Assembly (NCBI GenBank): GCA_046563655.1
Contig: CM102284.1
Coordinates: forward strand, 434,001 to 498,000
Direction: 5' to 3'
DNA: 64,000 nucleotides
Source of the DNA: Yuukianura sp. NJ FZ-2021
Lineage: Eukaryota
Shown here: piece by piece, positions 12,501-25,061 of the stretch
Layout: each line of letters begins with the position of its first letter
Numbering within the stretch: the first letter of the stretch is position 1
Translations under genes and position numbers: made by a program
The notes under the pieces: generated by a model
Database searches by the model: none
What the model was told of the DNA's origin: nothing
What the model saw: only the letters and a program-made list of their open reading frames with translations

Positions 12501-14065
12501 TTGTTAACTAACGTGAAAGTGATGGTGCGTAACTTACAGTTTCTTATTTTCGGAGCTGCCCGAAGTCCTCTAGAGTTGTAGGTGAGGAAGGGTACGTTGG
12601 ACAAAGTGTGTGACACAGGGACACCATGACCCCTTAGCCTTAAACCGGTCCTTCAGCCCTGAAGGGGGGCCCTTAACTCCACTTCTAAGGGACACATAGT
12701 TCTTGTGTTGACCTCGTGACCTGGACAGAGGTGTGTTGTGTGGGTTGTGGCACTGGTAAGACCCTTGGAAGGAGTAGGTGGCTCAGAATGTGGTAGGAAG
12801 GACACTGGGGATGACTTGGCCCTAATTCCACAGAGCGGAATCCATTTTTTTTGACAGTGCTAATATAGTCTTTGGGTCCGGAGAGTAGGAGTAGGTTGCT
12901 TCTGCGTTAGGTTCCTAGCCTAACGTTAGGTTTGTAGCCTAACGTTAGGTTTTAGCCTAGTTGTGTCCAGGAGAAAGGGAAGGCTCGTCTGCTCCTGCTC
13001 CCCCCGACTCCAGCCCCTTCGCTCTCTCTCCGAACTCCGACAAATCGGAACGTGGCCACATCCGTCTTATTAGGCCACACGATCCAGCCCGATCTCCTGT
13101 CCTCTCCTTTAGAAACAACTTTTAGCTGTGTGTCAAGTAAGGAAACAGTTACCTTTGGCCTCGTACAAACCACGGACACACTTTCTCCAAGTGGATCTTA
13201 GGCCGGGATACTCTCAATCCTAGGCTTCTTAGTAACAAAAGAAACCAAATGGACACAGCCGACAAGCATAAACAGGCACAACTTTACACAAAAACTATGA
13301 AAAAGTGGGAGAAACCATTAAATTTCAAGCTAAAAAGACACTTTGTCATGAAAGAAATTTTATAACTAATTTTCAAAACTAAATATAAAACGATTGACCC
13401 CCAATAATTAATTAATGTTCGTTGCAATTAAGACAAGGTAGTTAACAGTTGTGATTAATTTCGTTGTTGGTTATTTCATTTAATAGATTTCTAAAGTTTA
13501 CAATTCGTTTAAAATTTAAAAAGAGTTGAATACACTTTTGAGAGAACAACTTTCTCTAATAGTTTCTTTTATTTTTGCTGGAGAATCTGGTAGTGTTAAG
13601 AGAAAAGAGAAAGTGGAGTGCCGATGAGAATTTTGGCGGGAAGTCGAAAAATTTGAAAATGACAAAAGTGAAAGTGGAGACTAAATTTTTTTAATGTTTT
13701 TTTTACCGCAAGTTTTTAGTTTTGATAATTTGCAATGATGATTCATTCAAAATTTCTAAAAATAGCGTTTCTACTTGTAACTACTCTGTCCTAGTTTTCT
13801 GTTCAGTTGTTTCCAATTACTTTCGGAGAGAGTTCCGTACTGAGGCTGAGGTTACATTTTTGGCCATCCTTGTCACCTTGTCAGCAGCAAGGTGTGTCCT
13901 GGACGTGAATCCACTTGTGTTCAATATCCCGGTGCTAAAATGTTTTAATATTAATTACTAAATAATTTAGTGGACTAATTACTTTTTTGGCTTTCAGAGG
14001 AGATTTTTTTACTAATAAACGATTCATTGTCGTCTTCATTCTGGCTTTGACCATCGGAATCTAGA

Positions 14066-14894
14066 ATGACAAGATCTCGAGTGCCAATGCCCCTGGCCAA
14101 ACTACTGGACTTGGACAAGATGCTGACGAAACAGTTCTGTGACAAGGCGGCTCAACTCTGCCCAGAAATCAACCACTCTTATAGAATCTACCTCAAGGCC
14201 TTAGAAGTAAATCCGTTAATCGACACTTATTCATGACTTAATTGATTGATCAACTGATTTCATTTGGTAGTCTAAGGTGACACTTTTTGAACCTGCAGAT
14301 ATCATGTCACGGGTTACCCTGGTTGTCTCTGACGTTAATCTGGATATACCTGTTCACATCTTCCGAAACTCGTGAATTGCAGATCAATCTACTCTTCGGT
14401 AATCAAAGTCGCAAATTAAGATTTAGGTTAAGGTTATAACACTCTTAGAACCGTGATTGTCATGATGAATGTTGGATTTGTAATTTTCAGGGCTGTTATA
14501 CGACATTATGATGGTCGCTTTTGTAAAGGCAGTGACACGAAGAGGTCGTCCTGTTCAGTTCGGCCGAAAGCATGACATGTTCCTGACGATTGGAGTGGAC
14601 AAGTTCAGCTTCCCCTCTGGCCATGCCACCAGAGCCGTTTTCGTGGCCTTCTACTTCTGTCAATGGGCTTATCCACAAATGTGGTTTCCAGGACGACTGC
14701 TTATCTTCACATGGGCAGTGGCTGTCTGCTTCTCAAGAATTCTGCTCCACCGACATCACATACTGGACGTCGTGGGGGGCGTTGTCATTGGTTACCTCGA
14801 ATTCTTCTTGGTGGGAATCCTCTGGGTGGGACCAGTCGGAAGTAAAGTGATTGGTGACTGGATATCCACGGCTGCTGAGGACGAATACAACTAA
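14066..14894 (+). CDS. PLPP6: PAP2-family polyisoprenoid diphosphate phosphatase (PLPP6/PLPP7-like); exons 14066-14206, 14299-14398, 14491-14894
   Basis: LE|ISCHGLPW, KAVTRRGRP, DKFSFPSGHATRA and SRILLHRHHILDV correspond to PAP2 motifs C1-C3; canonical GT-AG introns keep frame. Confidence 0.88.
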
Positions 14895-15252
14895 AAAGTG
14901 ATATTTTACCGCATAGTACCTTTCAAAAAACTTAAGAAAATTTTTCAAATTTTGAAAATGTTTCAAAAATGCTCATGTTCCTTTCTAGAATGGATGGACT
15001 GTAGGAACCAAATCATCACAATTTCAATGTGTTTTAAAAAATAATTTAAGTGATTTCGAAAACTTTTGATTGAGTAGCGTGGCAACATAAACATAAATTT
15101 TGATTTTCCAACAAACAAATTTTAGAAATGCTTGTTTTCCTGTCAATTTGTGAAAAATTTCTTTGATTGGCTCCCCCGGTGGGGCATGGATTTCAAATCA
15201 CAGTGACCTTGACTTTTGACCTTGTCGGTGACCTTGACCTCGAGGTCGAATT

Positions 15253-15850
15253 ATGGTCAAGGCCAAGAGGGCAAGTCGGAAAGACGGCGGAGATGGCAAG
15301 GTAGCATTGATTCCTGCTGTATCCAATGACTCTGCAGAATGGACTCCATCAGGTACGCCCAAAGTAATTGAATAAGTTAATTAATTAATCAATTAACTTA
15401 TTAGTAACTCCTAGGTAATGTTTTGGTATTGTTTTTAGAGGGACCTTCCCTGACGTCCACAATGGTTCGACATTACGACGGTAACCAGCCTACCAAATGT
15501 CCCAAGTGCCTGTTCATGGTGGTAGGTGAAGGTCACTTTTACTAATTAATTAATTAAGTTATTGATTAATTACATAATTTATATTAATAAGGTTTGATGT
15601 CTGATGGATTTTGTTTAGGTTCCAGAAGAACAGCGTGTGTCCAATGTTCGTCAGTGTCTGCATTCGCTTTGTTGTTGCCTCTGTGTTAGGAAAAATTGGT
15701 TTGGGTGCAAGGACTGTAACGAAGATCTCAAGGACATTATCATGGTCTGTCCACGATGTCAAGTGAGTCTGTTAAACTTTTACTGTTTTAGTCAATTAGT
15801 TAATTCAATGATTGATTTCATTTCAGGGCGTAATTGCTTCTCTAAGGTAA
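15253..15850 (+). CDS. LITAF-domain-like small protein (~116 aa, 4 exons)
   Basis: Spliced product contains PTKCPKC...CLHSLCCCLC...LKDIIMVCPRCQ|GVIASLR*, i.e. two CxxC knuckles flanking a Cys-rich hydrophobic segment; all junctions GT-AG. Confidence 0.7.
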
Positions 15851-16648
15851 AGCGTCGTCACCAGTACCAGAAGATCCTGAGTTGTGCGCCTTTGGAAACT
15901 AAATAATGTATTTTTCAATCAATAATAAAAGATAAAAAAGATTCTCCGGGGATTCATCAAATCCCCGCGGAATCATGAAATCCCCGGGGAAAATCGTACA
16001 CTGATTAATGTAAAATTTAGTTCAATTTTTAAATATAACCTAAGTTCTTTATATTATAAAGCCGCCCATCTACGCACAGAAAGGTTAGGTCAGTCTGGAG
16101 TGGTGTGTTTTTGTCAAACTCACAATTTGCGAAGGATTTGGGTTGCTGTAAGGATTACGTACCATAATTGTTATTGTGGTCGCCACTGCGGAATTAATTG
16201 ATTGCTAAAAAAGGTGGCTACACCTCAGTGACAACTGATTCAGTATTTTTGGCTAATCTAGCATTAAATGGCAACATATTTGATACTGTGTAGCCAAGCC
16301 ACCCATTTTAGCCCCAATGTGGTTACATTCATGAAATGTTGATGCTAAGTAAGCCTTACGTCAACCAAGCACATAGATTCAAAATTGGGGTCGGACGAAA
16401 AGTCTGATAAGTCAGAAACTGCAGATTAGTGTGATTTTGATTTGTTTGTCATTTTTATAAAAGGAAGCGTGATTGTGAAAGAAGGAACAACGTTAAAAGA
16501 ATTCAGTTAATCGATTACTTGAGAAATTACCAAGTAAATAAGGACTGGGACAGTGACGAAGGTAACTGTTTAATGTTTTGGTAAGTTTGTGTTAATTGGT
16601 TGCTCCTGTTTAAGCTTGATTTTTTGTAGGATTTTTGGCAAGTGATGA

Positions 16649-17227
16649 ATGGCCGAGTACAGAGTCGCTTCTGGATCGTCATCCACTGTTGATTCGTTTG
16701 GTGATGAAAAAGAGACTAAGCCAAAGATAAGCTCCCTCTCCGTTCCAGCTGCTCATGCTCATGAGAAGGACTTGGACACTACCGAAGCTCAATTTGCCGG
16801 ATTCCTTAGCAACTACGAAGTGTACACTTATCTAAAAGAACTCAAAGATTCTGGAGCAGCAGGCGGACCAGCTTCACTGGCTCATGATCGTCACTACCAA
16901 CTGCCCACGAACACACACATGCCAACTCTCATCTACGAGACTCTCCAGTACTTTAACACTCACAATTCTTGCTGTATGGTCCAAAGTCCAGAGATCATAT
17001 CAAGTTTACTCAAGGATTTGGAGGAGTTTGGGCTAACGAAGACCGAGAAACTGACGATACTCAATTTAAGACCAACACAACCTGTTGATATCCAAGCAAT
17101 AGTTGAAGAAAACGAGGAAAGACTGTCGGAAGCTGACGTGGCCAAAATACTCCAATTTGTAGAAGATCATCTACCGGCAGTAGTTTCCGAATCAAGTGGA
17201 GTTAGAACCGACGGAGATTCGGAGTAA
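16649..17227 (+). CDS. CRCP: RNA polymerase III subunit RPC9/C17 (CGRP receptor component), single coding exon
   Basis: LSNYEVYTYL, LIYETLQY, LTKTEKLTILNLRP and IVEENEERLS are Rpb4/C17-family motifs. Confidence 0.9.
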   Translation: MAEYRVASGSSSTVDSFGDEKETKPKISSLSVPAAHAHEKDLDTTEAQFAGFLSNYEVYTYLKELKDSGAAGGPASLAHDRHYQLPTNTHMPTLIYETLQYFNTHNSCCMVQSPEIISSLLKDLEEFGLTKTEKLTILNLRPTQPVDIQAIVEENEERLSEADVAKILQFVEDHLPAVVSESSGVRTDGDSE

Positions 17228-19004
17228 ATGTCACCACTAAACTTCACTTTCCTGGACACTCAGAAGATGGAAGTCGAAGATAGAACTGACACGAATTCAA
17301 ACGTTTCTGGAACGTATGTTGTCATTTCTAACTTGTACTACTACTAAGATATTCATGTCCCATCGTCATATGGACATCACTCATGATACTAACAAGCATT
17401 TCTTGGATTTTCAGATCGCTGAAACGGAAATCAAGGTTGGGAGTTTGCGTGGTCTGTGCAGTTGAAGAAGCAAAGTATACTTGTCCAGCATGTGAAATCA
17501 CAAGTTGCAGTCTAAAGTGTTCAAATAAGCACAAAGTGGAGAGCGGATGTGACGGAATTCGAATTCGAACTTCTTTTGTAAAACTGAATGAGTTTGGAAA
17601 CCTGCATCTTCTAAGCGGTAAAGAATTGATTAGTAGATTAATTGATTAATCTTAATCTTAATTTACTTGATTAATCACTTTTAATCTTAATTTTTTCTAT
17701 TTTATGTTTTTGTGCACAGATTATAGACTTCTGGATGACATTTCGTGTAAAGTGGATGCTTGTCGTCGTGATAAGCTGAACAAGGTTCCGACTGCAAATC
17801 ATTTCCAAAACGTAAGCCTTACTATCCTAATAACCGAAAAATCGTTACTTGAAAACTAATTAATTGAGTTAAATTTGTTAATTCAATTGATTCAGAAATC
17901 TTCCAAGCTGAAACATGCTGTGCTGTCAAGAGGTGCTGACTTTGTCATACTTCCGAATCAGTTCGCTCGTCACAGAAAAAATTACTCAGTGTTTGACTCC
18001 AGAAAGAAACAAATCTCCTGGATGGTACAACTCACATTTCTAAATGCTGCTCAACTCACAGTCTTTGAGAGGTAAGTTTTAATTCAAATCAAAGTACTTA
18101 AAGTAATTAGCTTCATAATTACTTAAATTCAAGTAATTACGTGCTAATTACTCAACTTCAATTAATTAAGTTACTAAATACTTTCGTAACATTTGTCTTA
18201 GGTGTTCAGAAGAAACGGTGCTGGAAAAATTGGTCCAGGATTGTCTGAAATCCGAAGCAAACAAACTGAAGTTCAAGAAGGTAGAAACCTACAGAAAGAT
18301 TGAGCTATCCAGCAGCACAGTTCTGTTAAAAGCAGAAAGAGTTCCAGAATCAGATAAGAAGTAAGTAATTGAGTAATTGACTGGAGTAGTTCAATTAACC
18401 GAGAATAGGAAGTAATTCCTTCTGAACTATTTCAGATTTTACAAGTTGGATATGGGGAAGAATCTGCGAGAGAACTTTATAGGGAAGACGATAGTAGAGT
18501 TTCCTCAACTCTACGTTCTAATCGACGGNNNNNNNNNNNNNNNNNNNNNNNNNNNNNNNNNNNNNNNNNNNNNNNNNNNNNNNNNNNNNNNNNNNNNNNN
18601 NNNNNNNNNNNNNNNNNNNNNNNNNNNNCGGTTGTTTTAGAAGCACCGCAGTGAAAACGAAGAATGGTACTGTCAATACTGGATCCAAATCTGGACAAAA
18701 CTGGTTGCTACCGACAACAGCAACTGCTGCACCAAAATCTACTGCCATCCGTAAGTCCAGCATCCCTGAATTGTCTTCCAGCAGTGACGAAAGCAGTGGA
18801 GAGGAACCGGATGAGTTTGCAATCCAACTGGGATCCTCTAACAAACTTCCGAGCTATCGAGACCTCGTTGGACTCAACAACAGCAACAACAACAGTAATG
18901 GCAACAACAACAGAAACGGCAACAACAGGAATAGCAACAACAACAGGAACAGCAACACTATCAACAATGACTCCAACAAGTCAGTTAGAAGAACTCAGAA
19001 ATAA
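17228..19004 (+). CDS. ZNHIT6: Box C/D snoRNA protein 1 (zf-HIT, BCD1); start at ATG 17228 or 17267; the last exon spans the N gap
   Basis: zf-HIT CVVC...AKYTCPACEITSCSLKCSNKHK..GCDG; LLS|DYRLLDD; FARHRKNYS; GKTIVEFPQLYV; introns GT-AG in frame. Confidence 0.88.
18529..18628. other. Assembly gap (100 N)
   Basis: Run of exactly 100 n. Confidence 1.
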
Positions 19005-19606
19005 TTTTGTGACATTTTCAAAAAACAAATAAAATAAATAATAGTATGTAAATGTATTTTTAAAAAGATTAATATTAATTAAAATTAATATTAATTCAGA
19101 TTAATATTATTTAAAATTTTAGCAAATCGATGCCCACCTCTGGTTGTGTGATGCTGGTGTCCTTTTGTCGGACTCAAAAAAAGTTAATTGCGTAGTGTTA
19201 AGTGGTGGACCACTCACGTCAGAGAATTCGTTTTTTTTTTGGGAGGTTAGTGGATTTAGTCATTTAGTGAAGAAGAGTGACTAAAACAAAAAGGACAAGG
19301 TCAATTAACTAATTGTTGGTCCGTATCGTGTTCCGTACGACAAATTGACGATTTTAGTGTGGGTCCATACTGCCAATTGGATTATTAATTACTTCGTGCA
19401 ACGGAAGACCCAACTCTCAGCTGGTAATTAAAAACAGGTCAGTATTTGTGTTCTCAAGGTTGTGTATCTTACTTAGAAAATGGACTTAACAGTAGTTGGA
19501 CGTTGGGTTGAACAAATTACGTTGAAAACTGATTTCGATAGATCTAAGGAGTAATTTGCTTTTCATTATGTTTTTCAATGAGTCTAATTGATTTGTAGGC
19601 TGGAAG

Positions 19607-22600
19607 ATGTCAGGAAGAGGAAGAGCAACGATGAACTTTTTACGTGGAGGAGGTGCCGGAGGGAAATCGCGGATGTATGCTGATGGTGGAACTGTAAACT
19701 TCGGTCACGGTGAGAGAGATCATACTGCAACACAATTTTCTTGAGTTATTTGCATTTAGCACTTGAGGATTGATTAGTTTTGTTTACTATTGATTTAGAT
19801 GATCGAATGAACATGAACTTTACATCAAATAGAAGCAGAACGATCAGAAGAGTACCAAGAAACTTCCAGCATCGTCTGGGAGGAGACGATGATGTTCAAA
19901 TGGACGGTCCGGATGGGATGAATCGAAACTTTGCGTAAAAGAAATTTAGAACTGGAGGGAACTTCGATATCCTATGATCTAAAAATCTAAACATATTGTG
20001 TTTTTTGTTGACCTTGATAGAAATCGGGGAGGTTTTCGAGGCAGAGGTCAATTCAGAGGAGGTCAAAGGATGAGACGAGGAAATCGCAGAATTGACAACA
20101 ACAACCACAGTTTCGGTCCTGGTTGGCACAAAGTCACGGTAAGGTGTCACTCAAAGCATAGAAACGTTTATCAAAAGATTCTTTGATTATTGATTGATGA
20201 AAGTTTAACTTTTGGGTCCATGCCAATACATCGAAAAAAAGACATCGAAACGAAAGACATCGACACAAAAGACATCGACACGAAAGACATCGACAATAGA
20301 AACACATCGACAATGAAACACATCGACAAAAAAGACATCGACCAAAAAGACATCGACAATAGAAACACATCGACACAAAAGACATCGACAATGAAAACAC
20401 ATTGACACAAGGGACATAATCCGTATAATTAAATAAGCAAGGAAGTTTACGTAACCTAAGTGAAAAAAACACTAGTAAAATTTTGAAAAGTGAAAGTCCA
20501 CCTAAGCCAGACCTAACAAGTGGCCCTACCGACGTAATCACTATGACGTGCTTTACCAAACCTAACGCCGCGCCTTCGGCGCGGTACCGCAAGCTAAGCT
20601 AGCCATACGTCATCAGTATTGCCAGACATATTTTTTTTTCAAAATTTGAAGAAGAATACGCAATTTCATTTCCTGGTATAAAAAATAAAATTTCTGTCGA
20701 TGTCTTTTGTGTCGATGTGTTTCGTTGTCGACGTATTTCTATTGTCGATGTCTTTTTGGTCGATGTCTTTTTTGTCGATGTGTTTCATTGTCGATGTATT
20801 TCTATTGTCGATGTCTTTTGGGTCGATGTCTTTCGTGTCGATGTCTTTTGTGTCGATGTCTTTTTTTCGATGTAATGGCGTGCTTCGTAACTTTTAGATA
20901 CCCAATGGGGCAACACTTGACAGAGATTTTGTCTTGAACAGCATCGGCTCATTGACGCAAGCTTCCTTCCAGCCAATTTCGGTAAGTTTCCATACTTCTA
21001 TAAAACTACTGCTTCAACATCCAGCATCAACACAAAAATACTTACAACTTTTCAACATCTCTTTTCAGTACACAAAACTAGCCGTGAATGCAATTTTCTT
21101 CATTGAGAACCGCGAATGTGCAGAAGCAGTTGCCGCTTGTTCTGGTCGATTCAGTGGACCAGACGCCCAACCAGTAAGCCACTTTTCACAAAAATCGACC
21201 GTATTTTAAACTTTTAGGCGCTCGAAATAGCGCTCAAGAATGACGAATTTGGTTGAATTTCAGATTTTGCTAAAAGTGGACACAAGTGGACCCCCTCCAA
21301 CAGCCACACTTGATGCAACAGTTGAAGCTGCATTAAAAGCAGCCCTTATCCCAAGATACGATCCTGCTGGACCCTCGTTGAACTTACAAAACTTTTCAAA
21401 CTCACCCGAAGTTGTGCGTGAATACTACGTTCCACTGTTCCGGCCCAGTGTTGTAACAAAAATCTTCAACATCCTTATCGAGATACTGCCGAAACTTCAG
21501 ATTCTGGATATATCCAGCAACAAACTCGGAACGTTAGAATCTTTCCAGAAGTTGGCCCAACTCACACCTAACCTAAAAGCGTTGAACTTATCCGATAACA
21601 AGGTAAGTTTATCGTACTTAAGAAGTTAAAGTTAGTCGGCTCAAGCTCAGCTGTTTTTATATTTAGTTCTTTAGACTCTCTTGAGTTACTAAGTTACTAT
21701 CCAGACTATCTTGAGCTACTATTTATCTAAAATATCTCGTGCTACGAGTTATCTAAACTATCTTAATTTACTCGTTATCTAAATATCGAGGTAGTTTTCT
21801 TTATCTAAACTATCCTGAGTTACTAGTTATCTAAATATTGAGACAGTTTTTTTTATCTAAGCTATCCCGAGTTACTAGGTATCCAGAACCTATCTTGAGT
21901 TGTTATTTATCTAATTATGTTTAGAAGTTGGATAGTTATCTAAACTATCTTTATCTAATATCGTTCCTTATCCTTATCTTTGCAGTTGCGAGATGTTTTC
22001 CTGCTGGAGAGGATAAAAGGCCTTCCCTTGCTGGAGATTGTACTGGACAAAAATCCTCTTGTAGACAAGTTCGCCAACAAGGACGACTACATCAGGTCAT
22101 TCGATAAATTCAATTTTCCCGCTCCTTTAACTTAACTTTACCGCAATTTTTTTCCCCGCCAGTTTCCCTTGCGACAAAACTTCCCCGAGTTTAAGTGTAA
22201 ACTTCAAGGAATTTGAGTACCAATGCCACAGCACAACAAGTTGGGAGAACCTGTGTTTGGGGTATCAAATTTTTTTTTTAATTTTGAAGAATTTGAAATT
22301 CTGGAATTAGTGAAGTACCAAGTCAGGGATCACCTAAGTTCTGGTTCGAAGCTGTAAAAACGACTCGAGTGGCTTAATTTTGGAATTTTGAAAATTCAAA
22401 TTTTGAACTTTTTCTAAAGAATGAGCTGGGATAAGGAGAATTGTTTGAAAAGGCAGCAGTTACGACGATCGGAATGAATTGGATGGTTGGTGATGCTCCG
22501 TTCTCGGTCTCAGTTTTCAGTCGCAACGGATGTCAGTTTGCTTCACCAGCGGCTACCACCGTGAAAACGGTGTCTTCGAAAACTCCGAAATTTTGGGAGG

Positions 22601-24851
22601 AAACAAAATTTGTTGGAACCCCCATGCCCGATTTAAAAAAAAATTAAAAAAAACATTTTGGAAAAATTTGCCAGGAATTTTCCTCAAGCGTGCAGGAATT
22701 TTGTGAAAGTTTGGCGAAAAAAGCGATGGCAAAACTCCACTTCTGAAACTGTTGATTCGGACGAGCAGGAAGGTTTGTGTGTCACTCTTCTGCTTTATCC
22801 CAGACGATTAGTCAATTAGTCGATTAATATCGACTAATTAATCATGAATTAATCAACTGTCGACGAGTATAATTTTTATCGGTGTTGGACCAAACCTGCG
22901 CTGTCTGTGAAAACAACAGCGATCGTGGTTTTTTACTTGGTTTTTGAGAAAAATTGAAACTGGAAATCCGTTTTGCTAAATCCGAGGTAGAGTTCTTCCG
23001 ACTAGATGTCTGTGTCATCGGTTTTGAAAAAAAAAATTTTTTTTTTGAAATTTTTCTAAAGTGAAGTTTTGTCGTGGTCCTTGGTCCTTTTTTTTTTCCT
23101 AAAATCCTCGTAGACACATGAAATTTTTCAAAATTTTGATTGTGTCTGCCGCTTATGCTTTGTTCGGATTGTATTTATTTATGTGAGTTCCAGAACCGAC
23201 TCTACGATGCCTTACAAATTATTTCCAGAGCTCTTCGCAAGTACTTTCCAAAAGTGACGAAAGTGGTAAGTTTCAGAGTTTTCAGATAGCTGAAAATTTC
23301 AGATTTCAGATTTCAAAATAGGCTCAGATTTCAGACAGTTTGAGGTGGCGGACAATTTCAGATTCAAGAAACTTTCAAATTTCAGATCATTTCAGATTTC
23401 AGATAGCTTCAGATTTTTGTATTGTCAGAATTCTTACGGTCCTGTTTCGAATATGAGTGATTAATTAAGTTTTGATTAATGAATTGATTAATTTTTAGGA
23501 CGGAATCGATTCACCAGCTCCACCTAGTTTTGACGTTGAAGAAGCAAAACAGCTGATTCCGTCCATTCTGCCTGGATTTTCGTGTAACGACGAAGCAAAG
23601 CGAGTGGTAGGAACCTTTGTTGAGCAGTACTACAAAATCTATGACTCGGACAATAGGGAACCTTTGTTCTCCGCATACCACGAATCAGCTGTTCTCACTA
23701 TCCAATCGTGGTCAACCAGACATGGCAACGAGGCACCCAATACCAAGTAAGCATTACAAAAAAAAACGATTTCAAAACGATTTCATAGCTTGTGAAAACG
23801 ATTTCATGATTTGTGAAGATTTCCAGACAAAGAGGTTTTTTGATCTGTAGTACGAGGTTAACAACGTTTGGTTTGTTTTTTTTTTTGGAAATAGATTGAC
23901 AGCGTACTTTGTAGAAGCAAGGAATTTTTGAAAAATCAAGATGTGGGACGGTTGGAGCGATGCTGTCATCAAGGAAAGTTGGACATTGTGGCCTTCCTGT
24001 CCAAACTACCGAAGACAACACATGATGTCAATGCATTTGTGGTTGACCTCACAGTGGCTCTGGTAAGTTTCATCAAGAGTTACAAAATAGTTATTTGAAA
24101 ATACTTATTTTCAAAAAAGTTCCAAATTTTGAATTTTTTGAAATGTTTGTTTGGTTTTTAGCCGACGCTGATAAACTTTTCCATCACTGGATGCTTCAAA
24201 GAGCGTGGCGGAGAGCGAAACATGTCCCTGCGATACTTTCACAGAACGTTTGTGCTTGTGCCACTCAACCAAGGTTATGTCATCGTGAACGAGATGATGT
24301 TTGTGTCCAATGCCACCAATGACCAAATCAAGGTGATACTCAATTAGTAATTGAGTCCCTTGATTAATTGATACTAATTTATGTGTTTGTAAACTTATGT
24401 TTTTGACATTTTTGAAATGTTTTTGTTTTTGAATTAGGTGGCATTTTCAATACCGAATGCTGCTCCAGCACCCGTACATGCTCCGACAGCCGCACCTTCC
24501 ACTTCGGCCGCATCATCCAGTATCCAGCATCCAGCATCCAGTATGCCAGTGGTTGAACTTCCGAATATCCCAAGTCTCTCGATAACTTCTGACTCAGATA
24601 GAAGGGCACTCATGATCAAAGAGTTTGCTAAGCAGTCAACCATGAACGAGGCTTGGGCGGAAAAGTAATTGAAATATTTAATAAAACTAATTGATGATTA
24701 ATTAGTTTTTATACAAATTATTTAAATTAACTTATTGATAATTGTGTTTAGGTGCTTGTATCAGAATGGATGGGACTATGGCAAGAGTGCGCAAGTGTTC
24801 ACGGAACTGCACAAGAACGGCAGTATCCCCGAGGAAGCATTCGCCAAATAG
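19607..24851 (+). CDS. NXF1: Nuclear RNA export factor 1 (TAP/sbr): RGG-rich N-terminus, RRM, LRR, NTF2-like and UBA domains
   Basis: GWHKVT|IPNG (RRM); LDISSNKL, LNLSDNK and LDKNPL (LRR); FVEQYYKIYDSDNR, LPKTTHD and FHRTFVLVP (NTF2L); FAKQSTMNEAWAEK|CLYQNGWDY..IPEEAF (UBA); 110-nt and 37-nt exons. Confidence 0.93.
20214..20887. mobile_element. Foldback-like non-autonomous DNA transposon in an NXF1 intron, 8-bp TSD TAACTTTT
   Basis: Inverted arms (about 20214-20410 and 20695-20887) made of ~15-bp ACATCGAC repeats; taactttt at 20206-20213 and 20888-20895. Confidence 0.85.
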
Positions 24852-25061
24852 TTTTGACTTAGTTGGAAAAATGTGTTTTATTATTAGTTTTATTATAAAA
24901 GGATTTTATATCTATGAAAAATTGAAATTAATTTAAGATTTTATGCCAATTCTGAAAGCTACGAAGGTGTATGTGAGGAATAAAATTTCGTATAGTTTCT
25001 TAATTTTGTCATTTGAATATGATGGGTTATTTTTTTGTTGGTGTGTAATAATACATTATTC

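Noticed and set aside
12905-12960. CCTAACGTTAGG palindromic repeats resembling telomeric TTAGG
   Set aside because: Only 2-3 units and not a tandem TTAGG array.
20225-20875. ACATCGAC arrays as a CRISPR-like locus, or the ORFs reading KDIDT / MSFLS
   Set aside because: There are no unique spacers or cas genes; these are inverted arms of an intronic transposon and the ORFs are repeat artefacts.
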